From contig SUYN01000015.1 in the NCBI GenBank assembly GCA_015060405.1, positions 2,821 to 66,820 of the forward strand: a stretch of DNA of 64,000 bases. Reading direction: 5' to 3'. Shown here one piece after another: positions 48,084 through 56,861 of this stretch. The notes beneath the pieces are model-generated. The model did not search any database and was not told the DNA's origin. It saw only the letters and a program-made list of their open reading frames with translations. Origin of the DNA: Bacteroidales bacterium. GTDB lineage: Bacteria; Bacteroidota; Bacteroidia; Bacteroidales; UBA932. How positions within the stretch are numbered: the stretch's first letter is position 1; every line of letters starts with the position of its first letter. The translations under genes were made by a program, and so were the position numbers.

Positions 48084-48641
48084 TTACATCAGCCACGCTG
48101 ACATGTCTTCTCCACGTGCAGTTCCTTCGCGGATGGCGCTTGACGAGATGTCCACCATTTCCGCCTCAAGGATGTCTATCCTGTAACCCGGGTCTTCTGC
48201 AGTAAGGTCTTCCTGTATCTGCTTGAGGTCATATCCCTTCCGCGGATATACCGCGCAGCCGAACTCCTTGAGTATTCTCCTGTACTCGCGCCATCTTCTG
48301 ATCCCTGCAAGGTTGTCGGCCCCCATTATGAGGGTGAAGCTGTTGTCAGGCTCTCTGTTCTTCAGGGCTTCCAGGGTGCGTATCGTATAATGCGGCTCAG
48401 GCATATCCAGTTCTATGTCATCTGTCCTGACCTTCAGTTCAGGGTGTCTTCCGACAGCTTCCCTGGCCGCTTCGTACCTCTCGCGCCCGGTTGCGCTGCT
48501 TATGCCTTCCTTCAAGGGATTCTTGGGAGAGACTATCAGATACACACAGTCGAAACCGCCCTTCTCCGTCAGGTATCTCATTATGGCCATATGCCCGATG
48601 TGAAGGGGATTGAAAGATCCGGAATATACGGCTACATTCAT
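48084..48641 (-). CDS. nadD: Nicotinate-nucleotide adenylyltransferase
   Basis: 185 aa. 'YSGSFNPLHIGHMAI' is the (H/T)xGH nucleotidyltransferase motif of NadD. Overlaps gmk by 4 nt. Confidence 0.88.
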   Translation of the reverse strand: MNVAVYSGSFNPLHIGHMAIMRYLTEKGGFDCVYLIVSPKNPLKEGISSATGRERYEAAREAVGRHPELKVRTDDIELDMPEPHYTIRTLEALKNREPDNSFTLIMGADNLAGIRRWREYRRILKEFGCAVYPRKGYDLKQIQEDLTAEDPGYRIDILEAEMVDISSSAIREGTARGEDMSAWLM

Positions 48642-49234
48642 TTCTGCATGAATTCATCGATGACCTTTTCAGCTTCGGCAAATGCCTTCTCAAGGTCGTC
48701 GTTCACAAGCACATAATCGAACTTTCCTGCAGCGAATTCCATTTCTGAGGCAGCCTTCGCAACTCTTCTCTCGATTGCTTCCTCTGTGTCCGTGCCTCGG
48801 CCGATCAGCCTCTCGCGGAGCACTTCCACAGATGGCGCCTGGATGAATACTGAAAGGGCCTGGTCTCCGAAGATCCTCTTGAGATTCACTCCTCCCTGGA
48901 CATCGATGTCGAATACTATCGCGTGACCTTTAGCCCAGATCCTTTCCACTTCGGACTTCAGTGTGCCGTAGAACGAGCCGGCATAGACTTCCTCATATTC
49001 CACGAACTTGTCTTCCGCTATCATCTGACGGAACTGGTCGGTGGTGAAGAAGTAGTACTCGACTCCGTGTCTTTCCAGGCCTCTGGGTGCTCTGGAGGTT
49101 GCTGAGATCGAGAATTCCAGCTCCGGGCGAAGACCGAGAAGATGGTTCACGATCGTGCTTTTGCCTGCTCCTGAAGGAGCCGAGAAGATGATGACTTTGT
49201 TGCTCATTGGACGTGGTGTTTTGTTCTTTCTCAC
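48638..49234 (-). CDS. gmk: Guanylate kinase
   Basis: P-loop 'SAPSGAGKSTIV' and 'SATSRAPRGLERHGVEYYF'. The true start may be the internal Met at 49207 (MSNKVIIF). Confidence 0.9.
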   Translation of the reverse strand: MRKNKTPRPMSNKVIIFSAPSGAGKSTIVNHLLGLRPELEFSISATSRAPRGLERHGVEYYFFTTDQFRQMIAEDKFVEYEEVYAGSFYGTLKSEVERIWAKGHAIVFDIDVQGGVNLKRIFGDQALSVFIQAPSVEVLRERLIGRGTDTEEAIERRVAKAASEMEFAAGKFDYVLVNDDLEKAFAEAEKVIDEFMQK

Positions 49235-49408
49235 AAGCTCCCTCTCATGGACAGGAGACTTGCTGCCGACCTTAAGGTCTCAATATCAGGGTACTTTCGC
49301 ATCGCGAAAGCCAAATCTTTGTATTAAAGTTTCAATTTTAGGCAAAAATAATTAATTTTGCCAAGATTTTGAGACAAGCAAAGGATTTTTAAACAAATTA
49401 ATAAGATT

Positions 49409-50410
49409 ATGATTTCTTACAAAGAACTTGGTCTTGTGAACACAAGAGAGATGTTCGCAAAGGCAATCGAAGGTGGTTATGCCATCCCTGCATTCAACTT
49501 CAACAACATGGAGCAGCTCCAGGCTATCATCTCAGCAGCAGCTGAGACTAAGTCTCCAGTGATCCTCCAGGTTTCAAAGGGTGCCCGTCAGTATGCAAAC
49601 CAGACTCTCCTCCGTTACATGGCAGAGGGTGCTGTGGAGTATGCAAAGGAGCTCGGCTGGGAGAATCCTCAGATCGTTCTTCACCTCGACCATGGTGACT
49701 CTTTCGAGACTTGCAAGAGCTGCATCGACATGGGCTTCTCATCAGTGATGATTGACGGTTCACATCTTCCATATGAGGATAACGTAGCTCTTACAAAGAA
49801 AGTGGTAGAGTACGCACACCAGTTCGACGTTACAGTCGAGGGAGAGCTCGGAGTTCTCGCAGGTGTCGAGGATGAGGTAAGCTCAGACCACCACACTTAC
49901 ACAAAGCCGGAGGAAGTCGTTGACTTCGTGTCACGCACTGGCTGCGACTCTCTCGCCATCTCTATCGGAACATCACACGGTGCCTACAAGTTCACTCCTG
50001 AGCAGTGTACTGTGGATCCTGAGACAGGTCTCCTCGTACCTCCGATGCTCGCATTCGACGTTCTCGAGGGTGTTGAGAAGGAGCTTCCTGGATTCCCTAT
50101 CGTTCTCCACGGCTCTTCATCAGTTCCACAGGACGAGGTTGCAACAATCAACAAGTACGGCGGTGCCCTCAAGGCAGCTATCGGTATCCCTGAGCCATGG
50201 CTCCGCAAGGCTGCCGAGTCTGCAGTATGTAAGATCAACATCGACTCTGACTCACGTCTCGCAATGACTGCAGCTATCCGTGAGGTCTTCGCAAACAAGC
50301 CGGCTGAGTTCGACCCACGCAAGTACCTCGGTCCAGCTCGTGACAACATGAAGAAGCTCTACATCCACAAGATCGTAAACGTTCTTGGTTCAGACGGAAA
50401 GGCAGAGTAA
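49409..50410 (+). CDS. fba: Class II fructose-1,6-bisphosphate aldolase
   Basis: 333 aa. 'AIPAFNFNNMEQ', 'VILQVSKGA', 'VLHLDHGDS', 'MIDGSHL', 'VEGELGVLAG', 'LAISIGTSHGAYKF', 'VLHGSSSVP'. Confidence 0.95.
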   Translation: MISYKELGLVNTREMFAKAIEGGYAIPAFNFNNMEQLQAIISAAAETKSPVILQVSKGARQYANQTLLRYMAEGAVEYAKELGWENPQIVLHLDHGDSFETCKSCIDMGFSSVMIDGSHLPYEDNVALTKKVVEYAHQFDVTVEGELGVLAGVEDEVSSDHHTYTKPEEVVDFVSRTGCDSLAISIGTSHGAYKFTPEQCTVDPETGLLVPPMLAFDVLEGVEKELPGFPIVLHGSSSVPQDEVATINKYGGALKAAIGIPEPWLRKAAESAVCKINIDSDSRLAMTAAIREVFANKPAEFDPRKYLGPARDNMKKLYIHKIVNVLGSDGKAE

Positions 50411-50431
50411 TCTGCTCTCCATAAACTGATA

Positions 50432-50477
50432 AGGCTGCCTGAAGTCGCTGATTCCTCAATCAGACTTCAGGCAGCCT
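50432..50477 (+). terminator. Terminator hairpin after fba
   Basis: 15-bp perfect stem AGGCTGCCTGAAGTC / GACTTCAGGCAGCCT, extended by an inner CTGATT/AATCAG stem, followed by a T-rich CTTCTGTTGCTCTT. Confidence 0.7.
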
Positions 50478-50493
50478 CTTCTGTTGCTCTTGC

Positions 50494-51368
50494 CGACACC
50501 CGTCTTGGAACAGGGAAGCTGCACCCAGGTGTACTTTTAAACGCCCCCCCCGGGTGCGCCAGTCGGTCTCTGAGTGCGGTCTGTGGCACTTCGCTGCCCC
50601 CTGGTGTGCTTTGATCCGACCCCCGGGTGCGCCAGCCGGCTCCTGAGCGCATTCCAATACACATCGCTGCACCTAGGTGTGCTTGTGACTGACCCCCGGG
50701 TGCGCCAGCCGATCTCTGAGTGCGGTCTGTGGCACTTCGCTGCCCCCTGGTGTGCATGTGAACGACGCCCGAGTGCGCAAGCCGGTCTCTGAGTGCATTC
50801 CAAGGCGTCTCGCTGCACCTAGGTGTGGTTGTGAACGACACCCGAGTGCGCCAGCCGGTCTCTGAGTGCATTCCAAGACACTTCGCTGCACCTAGGTGCG
50901 CTTGTGACTGACCCCCGGGTGCGCCAGTCGGTCTCTGAGTGCATTCTAAGACACATCGCTGCACCTAGACGTGTTTGTAAACGACACCCAGGTACGCTGA
51001 CCAGTGCCTGAGTGCGGTCTGTGGCACTGCGCTGCACCTAGGTGTGTTTGTGAACGACACCCGAGTGCGCCAGCCGGTCTCTGAGTGCATTCCACGGCGT
51101 CTCGCTGCACCTAGGCGTGTTTGTAAACGACCCCCGGGTGCGCTGACCGGTGCCTGAGTGCGGTCTGTGTCATGTTTCTGCACTCGGGGGGCTAAATGAC
51201 ACCCAGGTGCATAATTCGGCCCCTGAGCGCATTCCACGGCGTCTCGCCACACCTAGGCGTGTTTGTAAACGACGCCCGGGTGCGCAAGCCGGTCTCTGAG
51301 TGCATTCCAAGACACATCGCTGCACCTACGTATGCTTGTAAACGACACCCGGGTGCAACCTGAGTTCG
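50494..51368 (+). repeat. Tandem array 1 of a 73-bp repeat (11 full units plus a ~50-nt partial unit)
   Basis: The anchor 'ctgcacc' recurs at 50519, 50594, 50667, 50740, 50813, 50886, 50959, 51032, 51105, 51178, 51247 and 51320. Spacing is 73 nt, except 75 once and 69 once. The whole unit is conserved, so there are no unique spacers. The 3' segment comes in three variants (see findings). Confidence 0.95.
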
Positions 51369-51491
51369 GATATCTGTTAAAAAATCGACAAAACTTTAAA
51401 AATAAAGAAAAACTTGAAGAACCTTTTTTATAAGTCGATGATAATCTGATTCCATATCCATATATTTATCCCATTCAAATTATTCGTCAAT

Positions 51492-52397
51492 ATGAGTGAA
51501 TTATTGTTGAAGGACTTATTTGATGGGAACTTCTATCATATAAGCACAGAGGGGCTGGAGCAGGTTTCCTTACTGAAAGATGAAGAAGATTACAGGGTTG
51601 CATGGAACTATCTTGCGCTGGTTGTCTGGAAGACTGGTGTGGATATGCTGGCATTTGTCTTGATGTCCAATCACATCCATATGCTTCTGGCATGCCGTGA
51701 TGTAGAACAGGCCAGGAAGGCAGTATTCCTGTTCAAGCAATTGTTGTCGACGTATCTGAGAAATAGATATGGTCTCTCCCATGTGCTGCATGATTCAAGT
51801 GATTCGATTTCATTGATTGACTCCATGAAGTATCTGAGAAACTGCATTGCTTATATTTACAGGAATCCGATAAGTGCAAGAATATGTGCCTTGCCGGAAG
51901 AATACAGATGGTCCAGCTATAATTCCTGCTTTAAACCTTGTGCTGTATATGGCAATGCCAGGAAGGTGACAAATCTTAAATATCGGGAGAGACGCAAGGT
52001 CATGCATATCAGCGGGAATCTTTCAGAATGCCCTCTGCTCATAGATGATGAGGGATATGTGACATTGGATTCTTTTGTCAGAAACGATATCGTATCCAAT
52101 GCGTTCTGGAACTCCGGGAAGTCTCTTTTGTATCATATGGGCACTTGCAATGATGCAAAGACGGAGTACGAGCTGGTGTATCAGCCAATGATGGGGACCA
52201 CTGATAATGACATGTATGAAGTCGTCTCCAGGTATGTAGCTGCACGCTTCCAGAACAAGGCCATCTCTGAGCTGACTACGCCGGAAAAATGTTCTATACT
52301 CAAGACACTTTTCTTTAGCCATAAGACAACTGTGCCTCAACTCGCAAGAATCATTGGCTTGCCACGGGAACTTGTAAGGAAGATGCTTTTGCAGTGA
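51492..52397 (+). CDS. IS200-like HUH / Y1 transposase-family protein of the REP-associated (RAYT) type, with C-terminal HTH-like tail
   Basis: 301 aa. HUH motif in 'AFVLMSNHIHMLL'. Catalytic-Tyr region 'YLRNCIAYIYRNPISARICALPEEYRWSSY' fits the Y-x-x-x-NP ... W-SS pattern typical of RAYTs. C-terminal 'TTVPQLARIIGLPRELVRKML' looks like a helix-turn-helix. The sequence is visibly AT-richer than its surroundings (about one third G+C in the first 60 nt by my count). Confidence 0.8.
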   Translation: MSELLLKDLFDGNFYHISTEGLEQVSLLKDEEDYRVAWNYLALVVWKTGVDMLAFVLMSNHIHMLLACRDVEQARKAVFLFKQLLSTYLRNRYGLSHVLHDSSDSISLIDSMKYLRNCIAYIYRNPISARICALPEEYRWSSYNSCFKPCAVYGNARKVTNLKYRERRKVMHISGNLSECPLLIDDEGYVTLDSFVRNDIVSNAFWNSGKSLLYHMGTCNDAKTEYELVYQPMMGTTDNDMYEVVSRYVAARFQNKAISELTTPEKCSILKTLFFSHKTTVPQLARIIGLPRELVRKMLLQ

Positions 52398-52438
52398 TTT
52401 GCTTTCAGTATCCTTGTTGCGCACGTGTCACTGATACA

Positions 52439-53294
52439 ATGCACCTGGGAGTCATTTCAGTCAACCTCCAGGTGCATAATTCGGTCCCTGAGCGCATTCC
52501 ACGGCGTTTCGCTGCACCTGGGCGTGTTTGTAAACGACGCCCGAGTGCGCCAGTCGGTCTCTGAGTGCATTCTAAGACACATCGCTGCACCTAGGTGTGT
52601 TTGTGAACGACACCCGAGTGCGCAAGCCGGTCTCTGAGTGCATTCTAAGACACATCGCTGCACCTAGGCGTGTTTGTGAACGGCGCCCGGGTGCGCAAGC
52701 CGGTCTCTGAGTGCGGTCTGTGGCACTTCGCTGCACCTAGGTGTGCTTGTGAATGACACCCGAGTGCGCAAGCCAGTCTCTGAGTGCGGTCTGTGGCACT
52801 TCGCTGCACCCAGGTGTGCTTTGATCCGACCCCCGGGTGCGCTAACCGGTGCCTGAGTGCGGTCTGTGGCACTTCGCTGCACCTAGGTGTGCTTATGAAC
52901 GACACCAGAGTGCGCACGCCGATCTCTGAGTGCATTCCATGACACATCGCTGCACCTAGGTGTGTTTGTGAACGACACCCGAGTGCGCAAGCCGGTCTCT
53001 GAGTGCATTCCACGGCGTCTCGCTGCACCTAGACGTGTTTGTAAACGACACCCGAGTGCGCAAGCCGGTTCCTGAGTGCATTCCAAGGCGTCTCGCTGCA
53101 CCTGGGTATGTTTGTGAACGACACCCGGGTGCGCCAGTCGGTCTCTGAGTGCGGTCTGTGGCACTTCGCTGCGCCTAGGTGAGCTTGTGAATGACACCCG
53201 AGTGCGCAAGCCGGTCTCTGAGTGCATTCCACGGCGTCTCGCTGCACCCAGGTGTGCTTTGATCCGACCCCCGGGTGCGCTGACCGGTGCCTGA
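52439..53294 (+). repeat. Tandem array 2 of the same 73-bp repeat (11 full units plus a 52-nt partial unit), same orientation as array 1
   Basis: The anchor 'ctgcacc' (or a 1-nt variant) recurs at 52439, 52512, 52585, 52658, 52731, 52804, 52877, 52950, 53023, 53096, 53169 and 53242. Spacing is exactly 73 nt throughout. Confidence 0.95.
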
Positions 53295-53416
53295 TGGTTG
53301 TGTCAGGGAGCAGGTGTTGAGGTCTGGGAAATGCTTCAGGATGATGAGCAGGTGTGATGGTTAGGAAAATGCTGTCGGGTGAATGCTGTGTCCTGCTGGG
53401 GATGGGGTAGACAAAT

Positions 53417-53447
53417 AAAGGTCCTGACGGTTGGTCGGGACCTTTTT
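53417..53447 (-). terminator. Terminator-like hairpin downstream of ppa (possibly bidirectional)
   Basis: AAAGGTCCTGAC / GTCGGGACCTTT stem with one G-T pair and a 4-5-nt loop. T-runs on both strands (TTTTTCT on plus; TTATTTGT on minus). Confidence 0.6.
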
Positions 53448-53466
53448 CTGAAATCCGGTGGAAACT

Positions 53467-54093
53467 TTATTTCCTGCTGGCTATGTAGTCGTCGTAGTCT
53501 TCCATTGCGCGGGTGATGACGTCTTTTGCAACGTCGGGGCCGTAGATGCTGATGAACTGCATGCGGCTCGTGTGCTCTCCAGGAATGTCCTTATAGGTGC
53601 TGAAGTAGTGGATGAGTCTGCGGATGATGTCTACAGGCACCTGCTCGATGTCCGTCATCATTCCATATACGGCATCGCTCTTGAGTACTGCTATGATCTT
53701 GTCGTCAGCCTGGTTGTGGTCGAGGAGACGGAGTCCTCCGATAGGGCGTGCGTTGACGATGATGTCTCCGTGAGTCACATCCTTTTCGGTGAGGATGCAG
53801 ATGTCTAGAGGGTCGCCGTCGCCGTCGACATCAAGACGGACGAGAGCCTTGTTAGTCAGTTCTGCCATCTTAGGACCGCAGTAGGTGCGTGGAAGAAAAC
53901 CGTAGAGGGACGGAACTATGTTGGAGAATTTCTGCGGACGGTCAAGAGACAGGTAGCCGGACTCTTTGTCCACTTCATATTTTACTGTGTCTGTAGGTAC
54001 GATTTCAATGAATGCCCTCACTTCTTCGGGCACGCTGCTTCCAAGGCTGATTCCGTGCCAAGGGTGTGCTTTGTGTGCGTTCTTATAATCCAT
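53467..54093 (-). CDS. ppa: Inorganic pyrophosphatase, family I
   Basis: 208 aa. 'FIEIVPTDTVKYEVDKESG' and the metal-binding 'DGDGDPLDICIL'. Confidence 0.9.
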   Translation of the reverse strand: MDYKNAHKAHPWHGISLGSSVPEEVRAFIEIVPTDTVKYEVDKESGYLSLDRPQKFSNIVPSLYGFLPRTYCGPKMAELTNKALVRLDVDGDGDPLDICILTEKDVTHGDIIVNARPIGGLRLLDHNQADDKIIAVLKSDAVYGMMTDIEQVPVDIIRRLIHYFSTYKDIPGEHTSRMQFISIYGPDVAKDVITRAMEDYDDYIASRK

Positions 54094-54128
54094 CTTAGAA
54101 AATTTTGACGTGCAAAGTTAGCAAAGAT

Positions 54129-54623
54129 TTACAAAGAAAGGAGTTTTTCACCGACAATTCGTGCTGAAATTCCCACAAGCTCTTCGCATGGCCGTTTCTT
54201 GTAGTAATCGGCAGTCCTGTCAGATGGTTCCGGCGATTCCCTGGCAGCTGAGGCGCCGCTTCCCATAGGCACCAGTCCCAGCAGTTCTTTGCATACGATG
54301 CTGCCGTTGATTTCCTTGAATCTCCCTGCCATTTCCTGGACCAGGGCATAGTTGGATGTCCTGGCTGTCTTGACTGACGGGTCGGATGCGGGGGATATGA
54401 ATCCGGCCAGCATCACCATTCCGCTGACGCTGCCGCATACTTCGCGCATACGTCCCATGCCGCCTCCGAAGCCGGATGCCATCGTGGCAGCCAGTTCGTC
54501 AGTGAGGCCGAAAAGGTCGCTGTATGCCATCACAACAGCCTGGCAGCAGTTGTAACCGTCTTCCTTGAACAGTCTTTTTGCCTTTGCGACCCTTGCTTCG
54601 ATGTCGATTCTTTCTTTTACCAT
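54129..54623 (-). CDS. C_GCAxxG_C_C-family protein (putative redox-active)
   Basis: 164 aa. Family cysteines in order: 'GYNCCQAVVMAY', 'GGGMGRMREVCGSVSG', 'GSIVCKELL', 'KKRPCEELV'. Confidence 0.75.
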   Translation of the reverse strand: MVKERIDIEARVAKAKRLFKEDGYNCCQAVVMAYSDLFGLTDELAATMASGFGGGMGRMREVCGSVSGMVMLAGFISPASDPSVKTARTSNYALVQEMAGRFKEINGSIVCKELLGLVPMGSGASAARESPEPSDRTADYYKKRPCEELVGISARIVGEKLLSL

Positions 54624-54655
54624 ATCATTTATTCAAGATCTTCAAGTTATATCCC

Positions 54656-56815
54656 TCAGATTCGTGATATCTTTATCACGTTGCGGAGAATGCGTATCTG
54701 GGATATGACCTTGTCCAGCTCGAGATTGCTCGGAACGGCTATCTTCATGCTGATGTCATAGGTTCCCTGACGGTCGTTTTCCGTGACGTTGAACATTCTT
54801 ATTGATGCCCTGAATGAGTTGACGATGTCCATGATCTCGTTTATTACAGACGGCTCCAGAGCTGTGGTGACGCGAAGGGCTGTCTGGAAGTTGCTTGAGG
54901 CAGGGCTCTCGCTCCATTTCACCTTCTGGATCCTGTAAGGATACATGTCCAGAAGTCTTGAGGCATTCGGACAGGTCATTCTGTGGATCTTGATCCCTTC
55001 AGTCCTGGTCACAAAGCCGAATACGTCATCTCCATATATGGGATTGCAGCATCTGGCCATCCTGTAATCTATTCCGCGTACGTTTCTGGCGTCAATCACA
55101 AGGATGTCGTCGCTCCCTCCCTGATGGTGCTCGTGTATTCCCACGCTCTGCTTCCTGTCCTGTTCTGCAACCGGAGCGGTGATGTTCTGGATTTCGGATA
55201 TCATGTTCTTGACATCGCTGACATCGAGCACACCTTCGCCTATGGCTGCATAGAAGGCGTTGATGGTCTTGTAGGGAAGCTTCTTCATAAGGGCTGCCAT
55301 AGTCTCGTCCTCGAGTTCCATCTTCCAGTTCTTCAGACGTCTGGCGAGAAGTTCCTTTCCGTCTGCGGCTTTCTTGAATTCCGCTTCGCTGAGCTTCTGA
55401 CGTATCTTGTTGCGGGCCTTGTTGCTGACCACGATGTTGAGCCAGTCCTGAGAAGGCTTCTGGTTCTTGCCGGACATTATCTCCACCACGTCTCCTGTCT
55501 TGAGCTTCTCGGTGATCTTCACAGCCTTTCCGTTTACCTTTCCTCCCGTGCATTTCACTCCGAGGTTGGTGTGTATGTCAAAGGCGAAATCCAATACAGT
55601 GGCCCCAGACGGAAGCTTGCGCAATTCTCCTGACGGAGTGAACACGAAGACTTCCTTTGTCGGCATGGCCATGAGTTCGTCCTCATAGTAGGCCGCCATC
55701 GGGTCGCTCTCCGATCCGAGAGGACTTTCAAGTGCGCGGCGCACTGCCGTAAGCCATTGAGTCAGAGTTTCTTCATGGCGTATCCCTTTATATGACCAAT
55801 GAGATGCCAGGCCGCTTTCAGCCATGTCATCCATACGCTTTGTCCTGATCTGCACCTCTATGAAGCTGCCTTCCCTGTTCTTTACTGTAATGTGAAGTGA
55901 CTCGTAACCGTTCGGCTTAGGATTGGATATCCAGTCGCGCAGACGCCTGGTGTCGGATTCGTATTCCTCTGTCACATAGGAGAACACCTTCCAGCATAGA
56001 GCGTGCTCCACTGCGCGGTCCTCTTCACAGTCGATGATGAAACGGATGGCGAACACGTCGAAGACGCCTTCGAACGGCACCTTCTGCTTCTGCATCTTCC
56101 TGTATATGGACAATGCTGTCTTGGTGCGCACCTTCAGCTTATAGCAGATGCCTTCGTCGGAAAGTCTCTGCTTCAGAGGTTCTATGAACTGGGTCATCAG
56201 CTTCTGCCTGTCCTTTTCGGTACTTTTGAGCTTGTTGGTGATAAGACGGTACTGCTCCGGTTCCGCGTGACGGAAATATATATCCTCCATCTCGCTCTTT
56301 ATGTTATACAGACCTAACTGGTGTGCCAATGGTATATACAGCATCATGGTTTCCAGAACCTTGCGTTCCCGTGATGCCTTGGGGAACATCTCCAGAGAAC
56401 GCATCACCTCCAGTCTGTCGGCGATCTTGATGACCGTCACACGAGGATCCTTCGAATATGATACTATCAGCTTCTTGTAGTTCTCAGCCTCAAGCTTTGT
56501 GTCCTTTGGCTTGATGGTGGAGATCTTGTTGAGGCCGTCCACCATTGTGTATATGTCCTGGCTGAACCTGGCGGATGCTATGTCTGTTTCGGGGAAGAAC
56601 CTTGTCGCCTCATGCAGGAATACGGCGGCAATGCACTCGGCAGAAAGACCGATTTCATCATATACTATCTTAGCGACAGCGAGAGGGTGCTCTATGAAGG
56701 GAGCTCCATTGCCCCTCTTCTGGTCCTTCAGGGCTTCAGCTGCAATCGAATATGCAGAACCGATGAGCTCCAGCCCCTTGCTGTCGTATCTTGGGAACAT
56801 TTTTCCAAAATCCAT
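54656..56815 (-). CDS. Bifunctional RelA/SpoT-homolog (p)ppGpp synthetase/hydrolase
   Basis: 719 aa. HD hydrolase region ('PFIEHPLAVAKIV', 'AAVFLHE'), synthetase region ('VFDVFAIRFII', 'GYESLHITV', 'IEVQIRTKRMD'), TGS ('VFVFTPSGELRKLPSGATVLDFAFDIH') and a C-terminal ACT-like domain. Confidence 0.92.
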   Translation of the reverse strand: MDFGKMFPRYDSKGLELIGSAYSIAAEALKDQKRGNGAPFIEHPLAVAKIVYDEIGLSAECIAAVFLHEATRFFPETDIASARFSQDIYTMVDGLNKISTIKPKDTKLEAENYKKLIVSYSKDPRVTVIKIADRLEVMRSLEMFPKASRERKVLETMMLYIPLAHQLGLYNIKSEMEDIYFRHAEPEQYRLITNKLKSTEKDRQKLMTQFIEPLKQRLSDEGICYKLKVRTKTALSIYRKMQKQKVPFEGVFDVFAIRFIIDCEEDRAVEHALCWKVFSYVTEEYESDTRRLRDWISNPKPNGYESLHITVKNREGSFIEVQIRTKRMDDMAESGLASHWSYKGIRHEETLTQWLTAVRRALESPLGSESDPMAAYYEDELMAMPTKEVFVFTPSGELRKLPSGATVLDFAFDIHTNLGVKCTGGKVNGKAVKITEKLKTGDVVEIMSGKNQKPSQDWLNIVVSNKARNKIRQKLSEAEFKKAADGKELLARRLKNWKMELEDETMAALMKKLPYKTINAFYAAIGEGVLDVSDVKNMISEIQNITAPVAEQDRKQSVGIHEHHQGGSDDILVIDARNVRGIDYRMARCCNPIYGDDVFGFVTRTEGIKIHRMTCPNASRLLDMYPYRIQKVKWSESPASSNFQTALRVTTALEPSVINEIMDIVNSFRASIRMFNVTENDRQGTYDISMKIAVPSNLELDKVISQIRILRNVIKISRI

Positions 56816-56861
56816 ATGTGTTTCGCTTTATATTGATCGTTTATGAAATGAAGATGTCCTG

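Larger units (their letters stand above)
50494..53294 (+). mobile_element. Candidate REPtron-like module: HUH/Y1 transposase gene embedded between two 73-bp repeat arrays
   Basis: An AT-rich gene with HUH and Tyr motifs is flanked by same-orientation arrays, between the terminators of two housekeeping genes (fba, ppa). Mobility is not demonstrated. Confidence 0.4.

Noticed and set aside
49235-49408. Possible riboswitch or leader upstream of fba (hairpins CTTTCGC-ATC-GCGAAAG and GGCAAAA-ATAATTAA-TTTTGCC)
   Set aside because: These are short isolated stems in a divergent promoter region, with no resemblance to any riboswitch class I can recognise. They are more likely promoter-region or gmk-upstream structure. 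The evidence is insufficient.
50460-53247. Many 60-165-aa minus-strand (and some plus-strand) ORFs across the repeats with recurring peptides such as MQRCVLECTQRP..GAPGG
   Set aside because: They are artefacts of the repeat. 73 is not a multiple of 3, so each frame cycles and hits a stop about every 219 nt (3 units), which gives the series of 72-aa ORFs. There are no start-site signals, and all three frames are equally 'coding'.
50494-53294. CRISPR arrays (the 73-nt period is in the range of repeat plus spacer)
   Set aside because: The entire 73-nt unit is conserved from copy to copy, differing only by a few recurrent variants. There are no unique spacer segments, and no cas genes are in the window. 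It is a tandem repeat, not a CRISPR array.
53295-53416. G-rich stretch with a two-fold imperfect repeat (gagcaggtgt...gaaatgct) between array 2 and the ppa terminator
   Set aside because: There are only two degenerate copies, with no ORF and no strong structure. It is probably decayed flanking sequence of the repeat block, too weak to call as a feature.
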